From the IMG/VR virus record IMGVR_UViG_2541047879_000001: a DNA stretch of 64,000 bases. One strand, given 5' to 3'. The position numbers and the translations under genes were made by a program. The DNA is from a virus (Duplodnaviria > Heunggongvirae > Uroviricota > Caudoviricetes). The notes under the pieces were generated by a model, which saw nothing but the letters and a program-made list of their open reading frames with translations, did not search any database and was not told the DNA's origin. Positions 40,966 to 50,800 of this stretch are shown piece after piece. Positions within the stretch are counted from its first letter, which is position 1. Each line of letters starts with the position of its first letter.

Positions 40966-41406
40966 AATTATCTCCATTTTTACAAATGAACTTTGTTGAT
41001 GCGGTGCCTGGTGCCTCCAGGTGACTGCAACCAGTTAACAATTACAGTCGGCTTTCCCACCCAAACCAATAAGGACTAACATGACTTTTAACTGTGCCAC
41101 GTGCGCTTAGCCGCATTCACCGCATCACAAAATTCACTTTAAAAAGGGCGGACATCAGCCGAACTTCAAGAAAAAAACTGATGCCGCCAGGACTACACAC
41201 AGCAATGTCGTTATTTACAACCGGAGGCGCACTCCCACCATTTAAATTTAACAGACAAGACCGACTCTTTATGGATATCGGAAATGCGCCTTCGTGTTGT
41301 GCCCGGTTTTATTTCACCACCTCCGGGCTTCGGTGGTCTCGGCTATACCCCTACAGCGAGAGCTTGTGTTAACATTTCAATACCCTTACAGTTGAGAGTT
41401 ATTGAT

Positions 41407-41895
41407 ATGTTGGATGTATTTACTCCATTGTTGAAACTTTTTGCTAACGAGCCACTCGAAAGACTTATGTATACGATTATCATTTTTGGTCTCACTCTCT
41501 GGCTGATACCGAAAGAGTTTACTGTCGCATTCAATGCTTATACTGAAATACCTTGGCTCTTTCAGATTATCGTTTTTGCCTTTTCTTTCGTGGTCGCCAT
41601 TTCCTTCTCAAGATTGCGAGCACATATTCAAAAGCATTATTCATTACTACCAGAGCAACGAGTATTGCTTCGTTTATCTGAGAAAGAAATCGCTGTATTT
41701 AAAGATTTCCTTAAAACAGGAAATCTTATTATCACTTCTCCTTGCCGTAACCCGGTTATGAAAAAATTAGAACGGAAGGGCATCATTCAACATCAGAGTG
41801 ATAGCGCAAACTGTTCTTATTATCTCGTCACCGAAAAATACTCCCATTTTATGAAGTTATTCTGGAACAGCAGGAGTAGACGTTTTAATCGTTAG
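41407..41895 (+). CDS. sieB: Superinfection exclusion protein SieB
   Basis: 162-aa membrane protein from internal start MLDVFTPLLK..., convergent with ydaF. Confidence 0.8.
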   Translation: MLDVFTPLLKLFANEPLERLMYTIIIFGLTLWLIPKEFTVAFNAYTEIPWLFQIIVFAFSFVVAISFSRLRAHIQKHYSLLPEQRVLLRLSEKEIAVFKDFLKTGNLIITSPCRNPVMKKLERKGIIQHQSDSANCSYYLVTEKYSHFMKLFWNSRSRRFNR

Positions 41896-42047
41896 CTTAC
41901 TGTGTGCTTCTCCAACCATCGGCGCGCACCAGTTTCGGTTTTAAATGTTTTGCTTTTGGTATACGTCATGGCAGTGAACGTTCCATCCTGGTTGGGGAAC
42001 ACGCCGCACACCAGGGATTCGTTGTTGACGAGGTCGATTTTTTGCAT
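41892..42047 (-). CDS. ydaF: YdaF-like small protein
   Basis: 51-aa ORF MQKIDLVNNES... found by reading (below track cutoff). Confidence 0.5.
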   Translation of the reverse strand: MQKIDLVNNESLVCGVFPNQDGTFTAMTYTKSKTFKTETGARRWLEKHTVS

Positions 42048-42057
42048 TTTGCGAATC

Positions 42058-42192
42058 TCACATCTTGTAGCTACGTATAGCGACTTCTGCCTGCCAGAGA
42101 TCCCAGTCGTTGCTGCGTAAAGCCTGCACAGCCTGGTTGTAAGTGATACCGCAACAATCCATCAAATACTGAACTACTTCGTAATGCACCAT
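42058..42192 (-). CDS. ydaG: YdaG-like small protein
   Basis: 44-aa ORF MVHYEVVQYLMDCCG... found by reading. Confidence 0.5.
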   Translation of the reverse strand: MVHYEVVQYLMDCCGITYNQAVQALRSNDWDLWQAEVAIRSYKM

Positions 42193-42479
42193 CTTATCTA
42201 TCCCCTTAACGCCGGGTGGCGGAACTAACTGCTGCACTGCAAAATTTGAATCCCGCCGTCATGTTCATACGCCTCGGGCTGGCTACTTAACCCCTGACCA
42301 CTGCCTGGTAACTCGAAGTATTGCCCGGCGTTCTGTGGGGCGGGGTGGGTTGGTAGGTATATAATGTACTTTGTGTTCATCATTGTAAAGTACTTTAAGT
42401 ACCTTTTATGTATAAAAAAATGAGACGGGATAAAGTGAAGCACAAACCCGGAGGGGGACGCTACCGGATTTATGCTGGT

Positions 42480-42899
42480 TTAAGAGGCTTTTTGTTTTTT
42501 CTTTCGTGCTAACTCTTCGTAAATTGCATTGTACTTCTGTTTTTTCTCCTCAAGAGTTTTTAAAAGTTCATCTGTCTCACTGTCAGGGAGCTCGTCCAGA
42601 AGGTCAATGATGATTTTTTGTCTTGGATTTAACTCCTGATAGAAACGTATCTGTCCACTTTCTTCTGTATCCTCTCCCAAAAGATAGGTTGGTGTTGTTC
42701 CAATGAGTGTTGCTAATTCCCTTAATTTCTCTCGGCGAGGAATTGTTTCACCATTAAACCATTTGCTAACCGCTTTTGGTGTTAATTTCATTCGACGGGC
42801 AATTTCTGCCTGCCTTCCATGTTGTTCATAACCAGCGTTTTCACAGGCTAGCGCAAGCCTACTGGCGAACTCTTTACGCGCTTTATCTTCATGAACCAT
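42480..42899 (-). CDS. racR: Prophage repressor (RacR/cI-like HTH protein)
   Basis: 139-aa HTH protein divergent from cro-like gene. Confidence 0.7.
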   Translation of the reverse strand: MVHEDKARKEFASRLALACENAGYEQHGRQAEIARRMKLTPKAVSKWFNGETIPRREKLRELATLIGTTPTYLLGEDTEESGQIRFYQELNPRQKIIIDLLDELPDSETDELLKTLEEKKQKYNAIYEELARKKKQKAS

Positions 42900-42978
42900 A
42901 AGTTCAATGATATTCGCTCTTGAATGTACTGTCAGTTCTGTTATAGCATGTACTCAAAGTTCACATTGTGAGGATGAT
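42900..42978. promoter_or_regulatory. Divergent repressor/cro promoter-operator region
   Basis: Short intergenic region between divergent racR-like and cro-like genes; positional inference. Confidence 0.4.
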
Positions 42979-43233
42979 ATGAACCAGAAAACACTTGAAG
43001 ATGTAATCAAAACTGTTCGCGTTTCTGTTGTGGCCGACGTTTGTGGTGTCAGCCAAAGAGCAATCTACAAATGGATGGATAACGGAAAATTGCCTCGCAC
43101 AGAATATACCGGCGAAACAAATTACGCTGAAAAAATCGCTCATGCATCAAACGGATTATTTTCTGCCGATGCAATTTTAACTATTGGCAGAAATAAAACT
43201 ACTACGAAAAAGCTGATGGGAGTTGATTCATGA
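42979..43233 (+). CDS. Cro/YdaS-like HTH protein
   Basis: HTH DVCGVSQRAIYKWM; first gene of rightward early operon; start uncertain. Confidence 0.55.
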   Translation: MNQKTLEDVIKTVRVSVVADVCGVSQRAIYKWMDNGKLPRTEYTGETNYAEKIAHASNGLFSADAILTIGRNKTTTKKLMGVDS

Positions 43234-43652
43234 AAATCAAGCATGAGCACATCGAATCAGTGTTGTTAGCCCTGGCAGCCGAAAAAGGGCAGGCGTGGGT
43301 CGCTAACGCAATTACTGAAGAATATCTGCGCCAGGGGGGCGGCGAATTGCCCCTGGTACCAGGCAAGGACTGGAACAATCAGCAGAATATCTATCATCGT
43401 TGGTTGAAAGGTGAAACGAATGCGCAAAGGGAAAAAATTCAGAAACTGATCCCTGCGGTTCTGGCAATTCTTCCTCGCGAGCTGCGTCACCGACTCTGCA
43501 TCTTCGATACCCTGGAACGCCGTGCATTACTGGCGGCACAGGATGCACTGAGTACGGCAATTGATGCGCATGATGATGCAGTCCAGGCCGTTTACCGTAA
43601 AGCACATTTCAGCGGCGGCGGTTCTCCTAGCGATTCTGTCGTAGTGCATTGA
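43230..43652 (+). CDS. ydaT: YdaT-like protein
   Basis: 140-aa ORF translationally coupled to cro-like gene, Rac order. Confidence 0.6.
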   Translation: MKIKHEHIESVLLALAAEKGQAWVANAITEEYLRQGGGELPLVPGKDWNNQQNIYHRWLKGETNAQREKIQKLIPAVLAILPRELRHRLCIFDTLERRALLAAQDALSTAIDAHDDAVQAVYRKAHFSGGGSPSDSVVVH

Positions 43653-43729
43653 TTGAAATTAATCGTACCGAACTGTTTTGTTCGGTATCAGTTAAATGTA
43701 ACGCTGCGAGCGTTACAAGGTGAAAACAA

Positions 43730-44518
43730 ATGGCTTCAAACTGGATAAAGCTCGAAGTTATTACGCCGGATAAGCCGGAAATATTCAGGCTTGCTGAGAT
43801 TCTGAATATTGATCCAGATGCCGCATTAGGGAAAGTCATTCGCTTCTGGGCATGGGCGGATCAACAAATGATAGACGGTAACGCAGAGTGTAACGCTCGA
43901 GGCGTTACAAAAAGTGCAATAGACCGTATCACTTTTATGGCTGGTTTTGCTGATGCGTTAATTCAGGTTGGATGGCTGGTCGAAAGTGATGGAGTGCTTT
44001 CACTACCAAACTTTGAGCGTCATAACGGAAAAAGCTCGAAAAAACGGGCGGTTACAAACGAGAGAGTTACAAAAATACGCGAACTGAAGCGAAAAGGTAA
44101 CGCTGCCAGCGTTACACAAACGGATCAAAAAGCGTTACCAGAGGAAGAGGAAGAGGAAGATATAAATACTGATCTCCCCCTAAATCCCCCTCGGCAAAAA
44201 CGAGCGTCTAAACAATTCGAGCCGGAGGCCATTGCTCTGCCCGACTGGTTGCCAGAAACACTCTGGAATGAGTGGGTCCAGTTCAGGCAGGCATTGCGAA
44301 AACCGATTCGAACGGAGCAGGGCGCTAACGGGGCGATACGGGAACTGGAAAAATTCCGCCAGCAGGGTTTTACCCCTGAGCAGGTGATTCGACACAGCAT
44401 CGCCAATGAATACCAGGGCTTGTTCGCGCCGAAAAGTGTTCGGCCTGAGACGTTGCTCCGACAGGTTAACACTGTCTCGTTTCCGGACAGTGCGATCCCG
44501 CCAGGCTTCAGGGGGTAA
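43730..44518 (+). CDS. ydaU: Replication initiation protein (YdaU / O-like)
   Basis: 262-aa ORF directly upstream of DnaC-like gene. Confidence 0.6.
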   Translation: MASNWIKLEVITPDKPEIFRLAEILNIDPDAALGKVIRFWAWADQQMIDGNAECNARGVTKSAIDRITFMAGFADALIQVGWLVESDGVLSLPNFERHNGKSSKKRAVTNERVTKIRELKRKGNAASVTQTDQKALPEEEEEEDINTDLPLNPPRQKRASKQFEPEAIALPDWLPETLWNEWVQFRQALRKPIRTEQGANGAIRELEKFRQQGFTPEQVIRHSIANEYQGLFAPKSVRPETLLRQVNTVSFPDSAIPPGFRG

Positions 44519-44524
44519 CTGACC

Positions 44525-45271
44525 ATGAAAAATATTGCGACAGGCGGCGTTCTGGAACGTATCCGCAGACTGGCCCCGCCACATGTAACCGCGCCATTCA
44601 GGACGGTGGCGGAGTGGCGCGAGTGGCAACTTGCAGAAGGCCAGAAACGTTGCGAGGAGATCAATCGCCAGAATCGTCAGTTGCGGGTGGAAAAAATTCT
44701 GAATCGCTCCGGCATCCAGCCGTTGCACCGCAAATGCTCGTTTTCGAATTACCAGGTGCAGAACGACGGCCAGCGATACGCGTTGAGCCAGGCGAAATCC
44801 ATCGCCGATGAACTGATGGTCGGGTGTACAAATTTTGCGTTTAGCGGAAAACCTGGTACCGGAAAAAACCATCTGGCGGCGGCTATCGGGAATCGCCTGC
44901 TGAAAAACGGTCAGACAGTGATTGTGGTTACCGTGGCTGATGTTATGAGTGCTCTACACGCCAGCTATGACGACGGGCAATCAGGCGAAAAATTTTTGCG
45001 GGAACTGTGCGAAGTGGATCTGCTGGTTCTTGATGAAATTGGCATTCAGCGCGAGACAAAAAACGAGCAGGTGGTACTGCACCAGATTGTTGATCGCCGG
45101 ACAGCGTCGATCCGCAGCGTGGGGATGCTGACAAACCTGAACTATGAGGCCATGAAAACATTGCTCGGCGAGAGGATTATGGATCGGATGACCATGAACG
45201 GCGGGCGATGGGTGAATTTTAACTGGGAGAGCTGGCGCCCGAATGTTGGTCAGCCAGGAATTGAGAAGTAA
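44525..45271 (+). CDS. ydaV: DnaC-like helicase loader (IstB-like AAA+ ATPase)
   Basis: Walker A GKPGTGKNHLAAAI, Walker B LLVLDEIG. Confidence 0.8.
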   Translation: MKNIATGGVLERIRRLAPPHVTAPFRTVAEWREWQLAEGQKRCEEINRQNRQLRVEKILNRSGIQPLHRKCSFSNYQVQNDGQRYALSQAKSIADELMVGCTNFAFSGKPGTGKNHLAAAIGNRLLKNGQTVIVVTVADVMSALHASYDDGQSGEKFLRELCEVDLLVLDEIGIQRETKNEQVVLHQIVDRRTASIRSVGMLTNLNYEAMKTLLGERIMDRMTMNGGRWVNFNWESWRPNVGQPGIEK

Positions 45272-45293
45272 TTTTTACCGGGAGGAAATTTTA

Positions 45294-46019
45294 ATGGAGA
45301 CCGTTTTTGACGCACTGAAAGCAATGGGAAAAGCCTCTTCCCAGGAAGTGGCAGCACGTCTGGGAATGACCCGGGATGAGGCGATTAACGAGCTGTGGAA
45401 ACTGAAGCGTCGTGGGGAAGCTGATAACAAGGGCCCGATGTGGTGGTTGACTCAAACCGACGAAAACGCATCTGTAGCACAGGCTTCTAAAGTGACAGCG
45501 CAAATGCTGATCGAGGCGATTGAACAGCATGGCCCTAAAGCGGCTGATGAACTTGCACTGATATTCAGAATTACTTCCCGCAGGGTGAACTCATCGCTGG
45601 CTATGGCCATCAGCAAAGGTCGTCTGATTCGCGTAAATCAGAACGGTAAATTTCGTTACTGCCTGCCGGACGGTAATTTACCAGCAGAGCCGAAAGTTGT
45701 ATCGGTAGTGAAAACACCTGGTAAAGGCTTTCCTCAGCCAGCCGGTGTTGCGTTACCAGTACAGGAAGCGGCAACACAGGAAGAAATTAAAACAGATACT
45801 GTGGGGGACATTGTGCAGTCACTACCATCGTTCACTGAAACGCGAGCCAATGACCTGATTATACCATCGCTGCAAATGGCAAACCGCGAACTGCGCCGGG
45901 CGAAAAGTTATGTCCAGAAGTGGGAGCGAGTCTGCGCCGCGCTGCGTGAGCTGAACAAGCACCAGGATATTGTCCGTCAGATTGTCGATTCCTCCAGTCG
46001 TATTGTGTCGGAAAAGTGA
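45294..46019 (+). CDS. Hypothetical double winged-helix protein
   Basis: 241-aa product from METVFDALKA...; start at internal ATG. Confidence 0.45.
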   Translation: METVFDALKAMGKASSQEVAARLGMTRDEAINELWKLKRRGEADNKGPMWWLTQTDENASVAQASKVTAQMLIEAIEQHGPKAADELALIFRITSRRVNSSLAMAISKGRLIRVNQNGKFRYCLPDGNLPAEPKVVSVVKTPGKGFPQPAGVALPVQEAATQEEIKTDTVGDIVQSLPSFTETRANDLIIPSLQMANRELRRAKSYVQKWERVCAALRELNKHQDIVRQIVDSSSRIVSEK

Positions 46020-46036
46020 TTCCTGGGGAGGGCTTA

Positions 46037-46458
46037 TGGCAAAAGTATTTACACAGGAAGAGCGAGAAAAAATTAAAGGGCAGATTGTTGATCTTGTACG
46101 CCAGAGCGGGCGAGAGACGTTACGACAACTGGAAGCTAAAACGGGGGCGACAAGATATCTGATAAGCGCTCTTGCTAGGGAGTTGGTTGCGAATGGTGAT
46201 GTATACAACTCTGGCTATGGGTTATTTCCGTCTGAGCAGGCACGTCAAGACTGGCAAAACGCCCGCAAAAAACTATCGAGGGCAAAGGTGAAGAAACCAG
46301 TTGTGGTTGATCTGGACCTTATTTGGTCATTACCAGACGGAGAAATACGTCGCTACGACAGGCGTCTGAACATAATTTGCCGTGAGTGCCGGAAGAGTGA
46401 AGTTATGCAGCGTGTATTAGCATTCTATCAGGGAAATGTTCGGTATTTATTGAAGTGA
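46037..46458 (+). CDS. Hypothetical protein
   Basis: 140-aa product from MAKVFTQEER... Confidence 0.45.
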
Positions 46459-46667
46459 CGAGATTAAAGACCATTAATTCATATGTGAATTGACAGTTTC
46501 ATGGCACAGGATACGGCTAGCGTGGTTGTCTGTTTTGTGCCAGGGGCGGGCCTAACTAAGTTCACACAACATTGATTATTGAAGATTAGGTCAGAAATAA
46601 ATAGGTTATTTTGATAATTTAGTTACGTTAGAATGCCGCAGTGTACAAAGTAAAAATGAGGAATAAT

Positions 46668-48029
46668 ATGACTCGGAGTGAAATAAACGTCTGGGATAAG
46701 AGACGAGGCACCAATAGTCATCGTGTGGAGGAGATTCGATCTGAAGCTCAGCACGACCTTTCTCGACTGATTCACTCGTCTGCTTTCAGACGATTGCAAT
46801 CCAAAACACAGGTTCTTGGTCTGGGTGAAAGTGATTTCTACCGCACACGACTGACTCATTCTATGGAAGTCGCACAAATCGGTTCAGGTCTTCTTGCTAA
46901 GCTGAAAATAAAATATAAAGGTAAAGAGCAAGAGCAATTTTTACCAGATAACGATCTTATGCAGGCAGTATGTCTCGCACATGATATTGGACATCCTCCA
47001 TTTGGTCACGGCGGTGAGGTAGCTCTTAACTACTGTATGCAGGATTACGGTGGTTTTGAAGGAAACGGTCAGACACTTCGCATTCTCTCGAAACTAGATA
47101 AGTATACCGTTGAACACGGACTCGATCCTACACGCAGACTTCTGCTAGGCATACTGAAATATCCGGTTAAATACTCGGATCTAGTGGTTACAAAAGACAG
47201 AATCCCGGCCACTATCGGATCGCCGAACTGGCTCTTTAAGTCATCTGATTTTAAACCTCCAAAATGCTATCTAGATTCAGAATGCGATGTTGTAGAATTT
47301 GCTCTTTCACCATTTACTGAACAGGATCGGAGGCTTTTTACTTCCGTTGAAGATGGTCAAACTAAATCCGATCATAAAAAAGCTTCTTATAAAGCTCTCG
47401 ATACAACCATCATGGATCTTGCCGATGAAATTTCGTATTCGCTGCACGATTTGGAGGATGCTATTTCTCTCGGAATGGTGACACGAGAAATGTGGATGGA
47501 GCATTTCAGTGAATATGAAACCCTATTTACTAACTGCCATGGAGAAACATTTTCCGCAACATGTGAATCTGTCGCGGATAGCCTTTTTGGTGAAAGTTAC
47601 AAGAGAAAAGAGTGCATCGGGATGCTGGTTCACCTGATGATTACAAGCGTTGAGCTTATTACAAAGAATCCAGCATTCGAATGTGGCATGCTCAAATATA
47701 ATGCGGTCCTTCCGGAAGCGGTCGAAGCACTACGGTTGAAAATTTTCAAACTGGTCAAAAATAAAGTAATTAAGCATGAAAATGTACAGCAGCTTGAATT
47801 CAAGGGACAAAAGTTGATTGTTGAGCTTTTCGGTGTGCTGGCTAACGATCCGTGTCGGTTTCTACCGGCATCAACGAGGGAAATTTACGAGCGGCAGACT
47901 AGCTTGGACGAGAAGGCTGGTATGCGAGTCATTTGCGACTATGTTTCAGGGATGACTGATGACTATGCAACAAAGCTTTATGAGAAGATCCTTATTCCAC
48001 GCAAAGGGTCTATTTTTGACCATCTCTAA
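46668..48029 (+). CDS. Dgt-family dGTPase (HD-domain dNTP triphosphohydrolase); candidate anti-phage nucleotide-depletion enzyme
   Basis: Motifs shared with E. coli Dgt: FRRLQSKTQV, RTRLTHSMEVAQIG, HDIGHPPFGHGGE, EGNGQTLRIL, DLADEISYSLHDLEDA, YVSGMTDDYA; RBS gagga before ATG 46668; AT-rich island. Confidence 0.85.
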   Translation: MTRSEINVWDKRRGTNSHRVEEIRSEAQHDLSRLIHSSAFRRLQSKTQVLGLGESDFYRTRLTHSMEVAQIGSGLLAKLKIKYKGKEQEQFLPDNDLMQAVCLAHDIGHPPFGHGGEVALNYCMQDYGGFEGNGQTLRILSKLDKYTVEHGLDPTRRLLLGILKYPVKYSDLVVTKDRIPATIGSPNWLFKSSDFKPPKCYLDSECDVVEFALSPFTEQDRRLFTSVEDGQTKSDHKKASYKALDTTIMDLADEISYSLHDLEDAISLGMVTREMWMEHFSEYETLFTNCHGETFSATCESVADSLFGESYKRKECIGMLVHLMITSVELITKNPAFECGMLKYNAVLPEAVEALRLKIFKLVKNKVIKHENVQQLEFKGQKLIVELFGVLANDPCRFLPASTREIYERQTSLDEKAGMRVICDYVSGMTDDYATKLYEKILIPRKGSIFDHL

Positions 48030-48090
48030 TGCGGCAAGAATGATGCTCTGAGTTCAATTGACCTATAAACATTAACCAAGGCATCTACCA

Positions 48091-48110
48091 GGGGGATATC
48101 AAATCCCCCC
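48091..48110 (+). terminator. Hairpin downstream of dGTPase gene
   Basis: gggggat-atcaaa-atccccc stem-loop followed by a T-containing tract. Confidence 0.4.
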
Positions 48111-48439
48111 ATTCTGAATTTGTTCGTGCAGAATCGGTGAACGTTCTCATCTGAGCGTTAAACGCCAATAATCGTTGATCTACATTGATCATTAATACAC
48201 CTTAATACCATTAGCGTCTTACTCCGTTATGAGAACAAACGCGAACTGACCTGCCCCCAGTATTAGTGACCTTCAGCTACGGTAACTTGTCCGCTTCGTG
48301 CCAGAAGCGGACATCCATAGAGAAATAAGCGATCAGTTCTTAAATTTGTTGTGATTTTTTGATTTTTTTGTATTCGCAAAGGGATTTGTGTTGGTTGTAT
48401 AATTACCTAATATTCATACAGTTGAATGGGAGATGTGGG

Positions 48440-49333
48440 ATGAAGTTCTCGTACAGACATGGTTTTGATCCTGAGTATAATAAAAAGCCGATACGGGAAG
48501 ATGCTCCAGAGTGGCTTCGCTCTTTATTTTTTGTAACTGTCCTCGATAATTTTTTGTACATTGATGGTGATAGCCGCATTACGAATGATGAGAACAAGCC
48601 GTTGGGTATTAAGGCTTTGATCGAGCGACTTTGCGCAGAGAATGGTCAAGAAACAGATCATGAGGATTTCGATTCATGGTACTGCTATGATGCTTTGAAA
48701 GCGCGTTTGCAACATATGCGTTGGTTTCAATTTTATGATGCTGTTGAGATTATCGGAGATCTATTAAGAAAAAGAGATGTAGAAAGAGGCCATACTTGGG
48801 GTAAGAAGGCATTAGAAGACATTACTTTTACATCATATCGTCAGAAATTGAACGAGTTATTCGCATCTCGAAATATTGACTGGAAAATGAATTCTGCTGG
48901 TAGGTTAGAAACACCACTACCAAATGAATTAGAACAAAAAATCGATGAAACTAACAACTTATTGCAAGACCAGTTTGAACCTGCAAGGAGGCACTATGTG
49001 AAAGCCCGGGCTTTTGCATTAGGTGCGCATAAGGATCCAGAAAATTCCATAAAAGAATCAATAAGTGCAATAGAAAGCATGTGTCGGACTTATTATCCTT
49101 CAGCCTCAACCTTGGGCGATGTATTAAAACTGATGAGAAAAGAAAACACTATCTCACCTATGCTTTTAACGGTGATAGAGAAATTTTACGCTTATACAAA
49201 TGCAGAGCCAGCAGTAAGACATGGTAGCAACAAGGTTTCTTCTGTCTTGGAATACGATGCTGAATTCGTGTTGCATATATCAGCAGCATTTATTAGAACA
49301 ATAATACAAAGAAAAGCTGTTTTGGATAACTAA
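48440..49333 (+). CDS. Uncharacterised protein (297 aa), no family recognised
   Basis: ATG with RBS gggag; -10-like tataat about 40 nt upstream; AT-rich; convergent with MBL-fold gene. Confidence 0.5.
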   Translation: MKFSYRHGFDPEYNKKPIREDAPEWLRSLFFVTVLDNFLYIDGDSRITNDENKPLGIKALIERLCAENGQETDHEDFDSWYCYDALKARLQHMRWFQFYDAVEIIGDLLRKRDVERGHTWGKKALEDITFTSYRQKLNELFASRNIDWKMNSAGRLETPLPNELEQKIDETNNLLQDQFEPARRHYVKARAFALGAHKDPENSIKESISAIESMCRTYYPSASTLGDVLKLMRKENTISPMLLTVIEKFYAYTNAEPAVRHGSNKVSSVLEYDAEFVLHISAAFIRTIIQRKAVLDN

Positions 49334-49419
49334 GTCAGACTTACAGCCAACTGACTGTCTCTTATTATTCAAAACATAATAATGTTAGGTCCGCTTATCG
49401 CACATCAGGGACAACCATA

Positions 49420-49450
49420 CTCAAATCTCCCACATTGCAGGAGATTTGAG
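49420..49450. terminator. Perfect 11-bp inverted repeat between convergent genes
   Basis: ctcaaatctcc-cacattgca-ggagatttgag between stop of 48440-49333 and stop of 49574-50800. Confidence 0.4.
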
Positions 49451-49573
49451 TGTGAACACGTCACCGTGGAACAAAGACTGTATCATCGGTCAAAAAAGAC
49501 CTGGTTATCTAGCAAAAACTTTTAACATACCAACAAACTTAATTTATTTAAATGCTATTAATACAACTAATGT

Positions 49574-50800
49574 TTAAAATATATATTTTATATCAACCCA
49601 ATTTTTAGCATTATTGTCAACTAAAGTAACGCTATGTCCATGACTTGAATTTATAGCATCGATTACTGATTGTGATGGGTGTCCATGTGAATGACCATCC
49701 GACTGAGCTATAAACAAAACATTATCAAAATCCGCAATTATTTTTTGATTGAAATTTAATTCCGAACCATGATGAGGTAATGTCATCACCCTTACCGTTT
49801 TAATCACTTTTGAATAGAATTCAGCCCATTTATTATAATACAATGATGTATTAAGCTTTGAGTCACCTGTTAATAAAACAGATCTAATTCCTTTATCTCT
49901 ATCAAAGAGAAAATGTCGCTCAACCCGACTATTTCTAAAACTAAACCACTCACGAGAAGGCTCATTAACAATTTTCATCTCAGCTTCTTGATTATTAATA
50001 ATCAAGAGATTGATTGATATTACATTATGATCGCCAGCAAGTTTTAAATAACACTCGCGTAATTTCTTTCTTTCCCCCGTGCTAGTTAATATTTTAAGCA
50101 TTTTTTTCTTACTTAACTCAGTAAAACCATTTTCTATTAACTGCTGACTGAAAATTTCAATTTTCTTACGTGAACGGGGCGGTATCCAAGAAATAAATGA
50201 CATTAGTGTATCAGTTTTGTTTTCCCCAATCCTTTTAACCAACCAACGGTTACATTCAACATCTCCTTTGGAGTCAGATATTTTCATTGGTAAGCTTACA
50301 GCGCTATCCTTAATGTTTTCACTATTAAATATAGGAGGGTCAAAATTATCATCAATATCACAGGGGTAAAGCAAAGATATATCTGCCTCAGGCAACCTTG
50401 ATTTTATCCATTTGACAGGATCAATGAGAAATTCCATAAAAAGACCTGACGTAGAATTAGAGCATAGCTCCGATGCAATTAAGTAATAGCTATCATGGAT
50501 ATCTAGGTATGGTAATACAACCTTGCGTATTTTGTTATCTACAAGCTGACATAAATGGTCAAATCCATTTATATGGTCTGAATCCAAATGAGAGATGTAT
50601 ACCACATCAATATATTTCTCATCAATATTAAAGAGAGATTTAGCCACATCCATCTCCCTACGCAACGCATTTAATTGGTCACTTCCGCAGTCATACACAT
50701 AACTGTAAAGCAAACTACCATCCCTTCCCCTCAGTCCGCCTAAACTAAATCCACCCTGGCCAACGGGAAACAATCTTTTATGAAATACTTCTCCGCTCAT
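49574..50800 (-). CDS. Metallo-beta-lactamase-fold hydrolase, ComEC-type MBL signature (putative nuclease)
   Basis: HxHxDH-like motif YISHLDSDHINGFDH, later LPHHGS and DGHSHGHPS metal-ligand motifs; RBS aaggat before ATG; AT-rich. Confidence 0.7.
   Translation of the reverse strand: MSGEVFHKRLFPVGQGGFSLGGLRGRDGSLLYSYVYDCGSDQLNALRREMDVAKSLFNIDEKYIDVVYISHLDSDHINGFDHLCQLVDNKIRKVVLPYLDIHDSYYLIASELCSNSTSGLFMEFLIDPVKWIKSRLPEADISLLYPCDIDDNFDPPIFNSENIKDSAVSLPMKISDSKGDVECNRWLVKRIGENKTDTLMSFISWIPPRSRKKIEIFSQQLIENGFTELSKKKMLKILTSTGERKKLRECYLKLAGDHNVISINLLIINNQEAEMKIVNEPSREWFSFRNSRVERHFLFDRDKGIRSVLLTGDSKLNTSLYYNKWAEFYSKVIKTVRVMTLPHHGSELNFNQKIIADFDNVLFIAQSDGHSHGHPSQSVIDAINSSHGHSVTLVDNNAKNWVDIKYIF

Noticed and set aside
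41284-41406. Extended N-terminus of sieB from the track ORF start
   Set aside because: Known SieB is 162 aa starting MLDVF...; the upstream extension overlaps promoter-like sequence and has no RBS.
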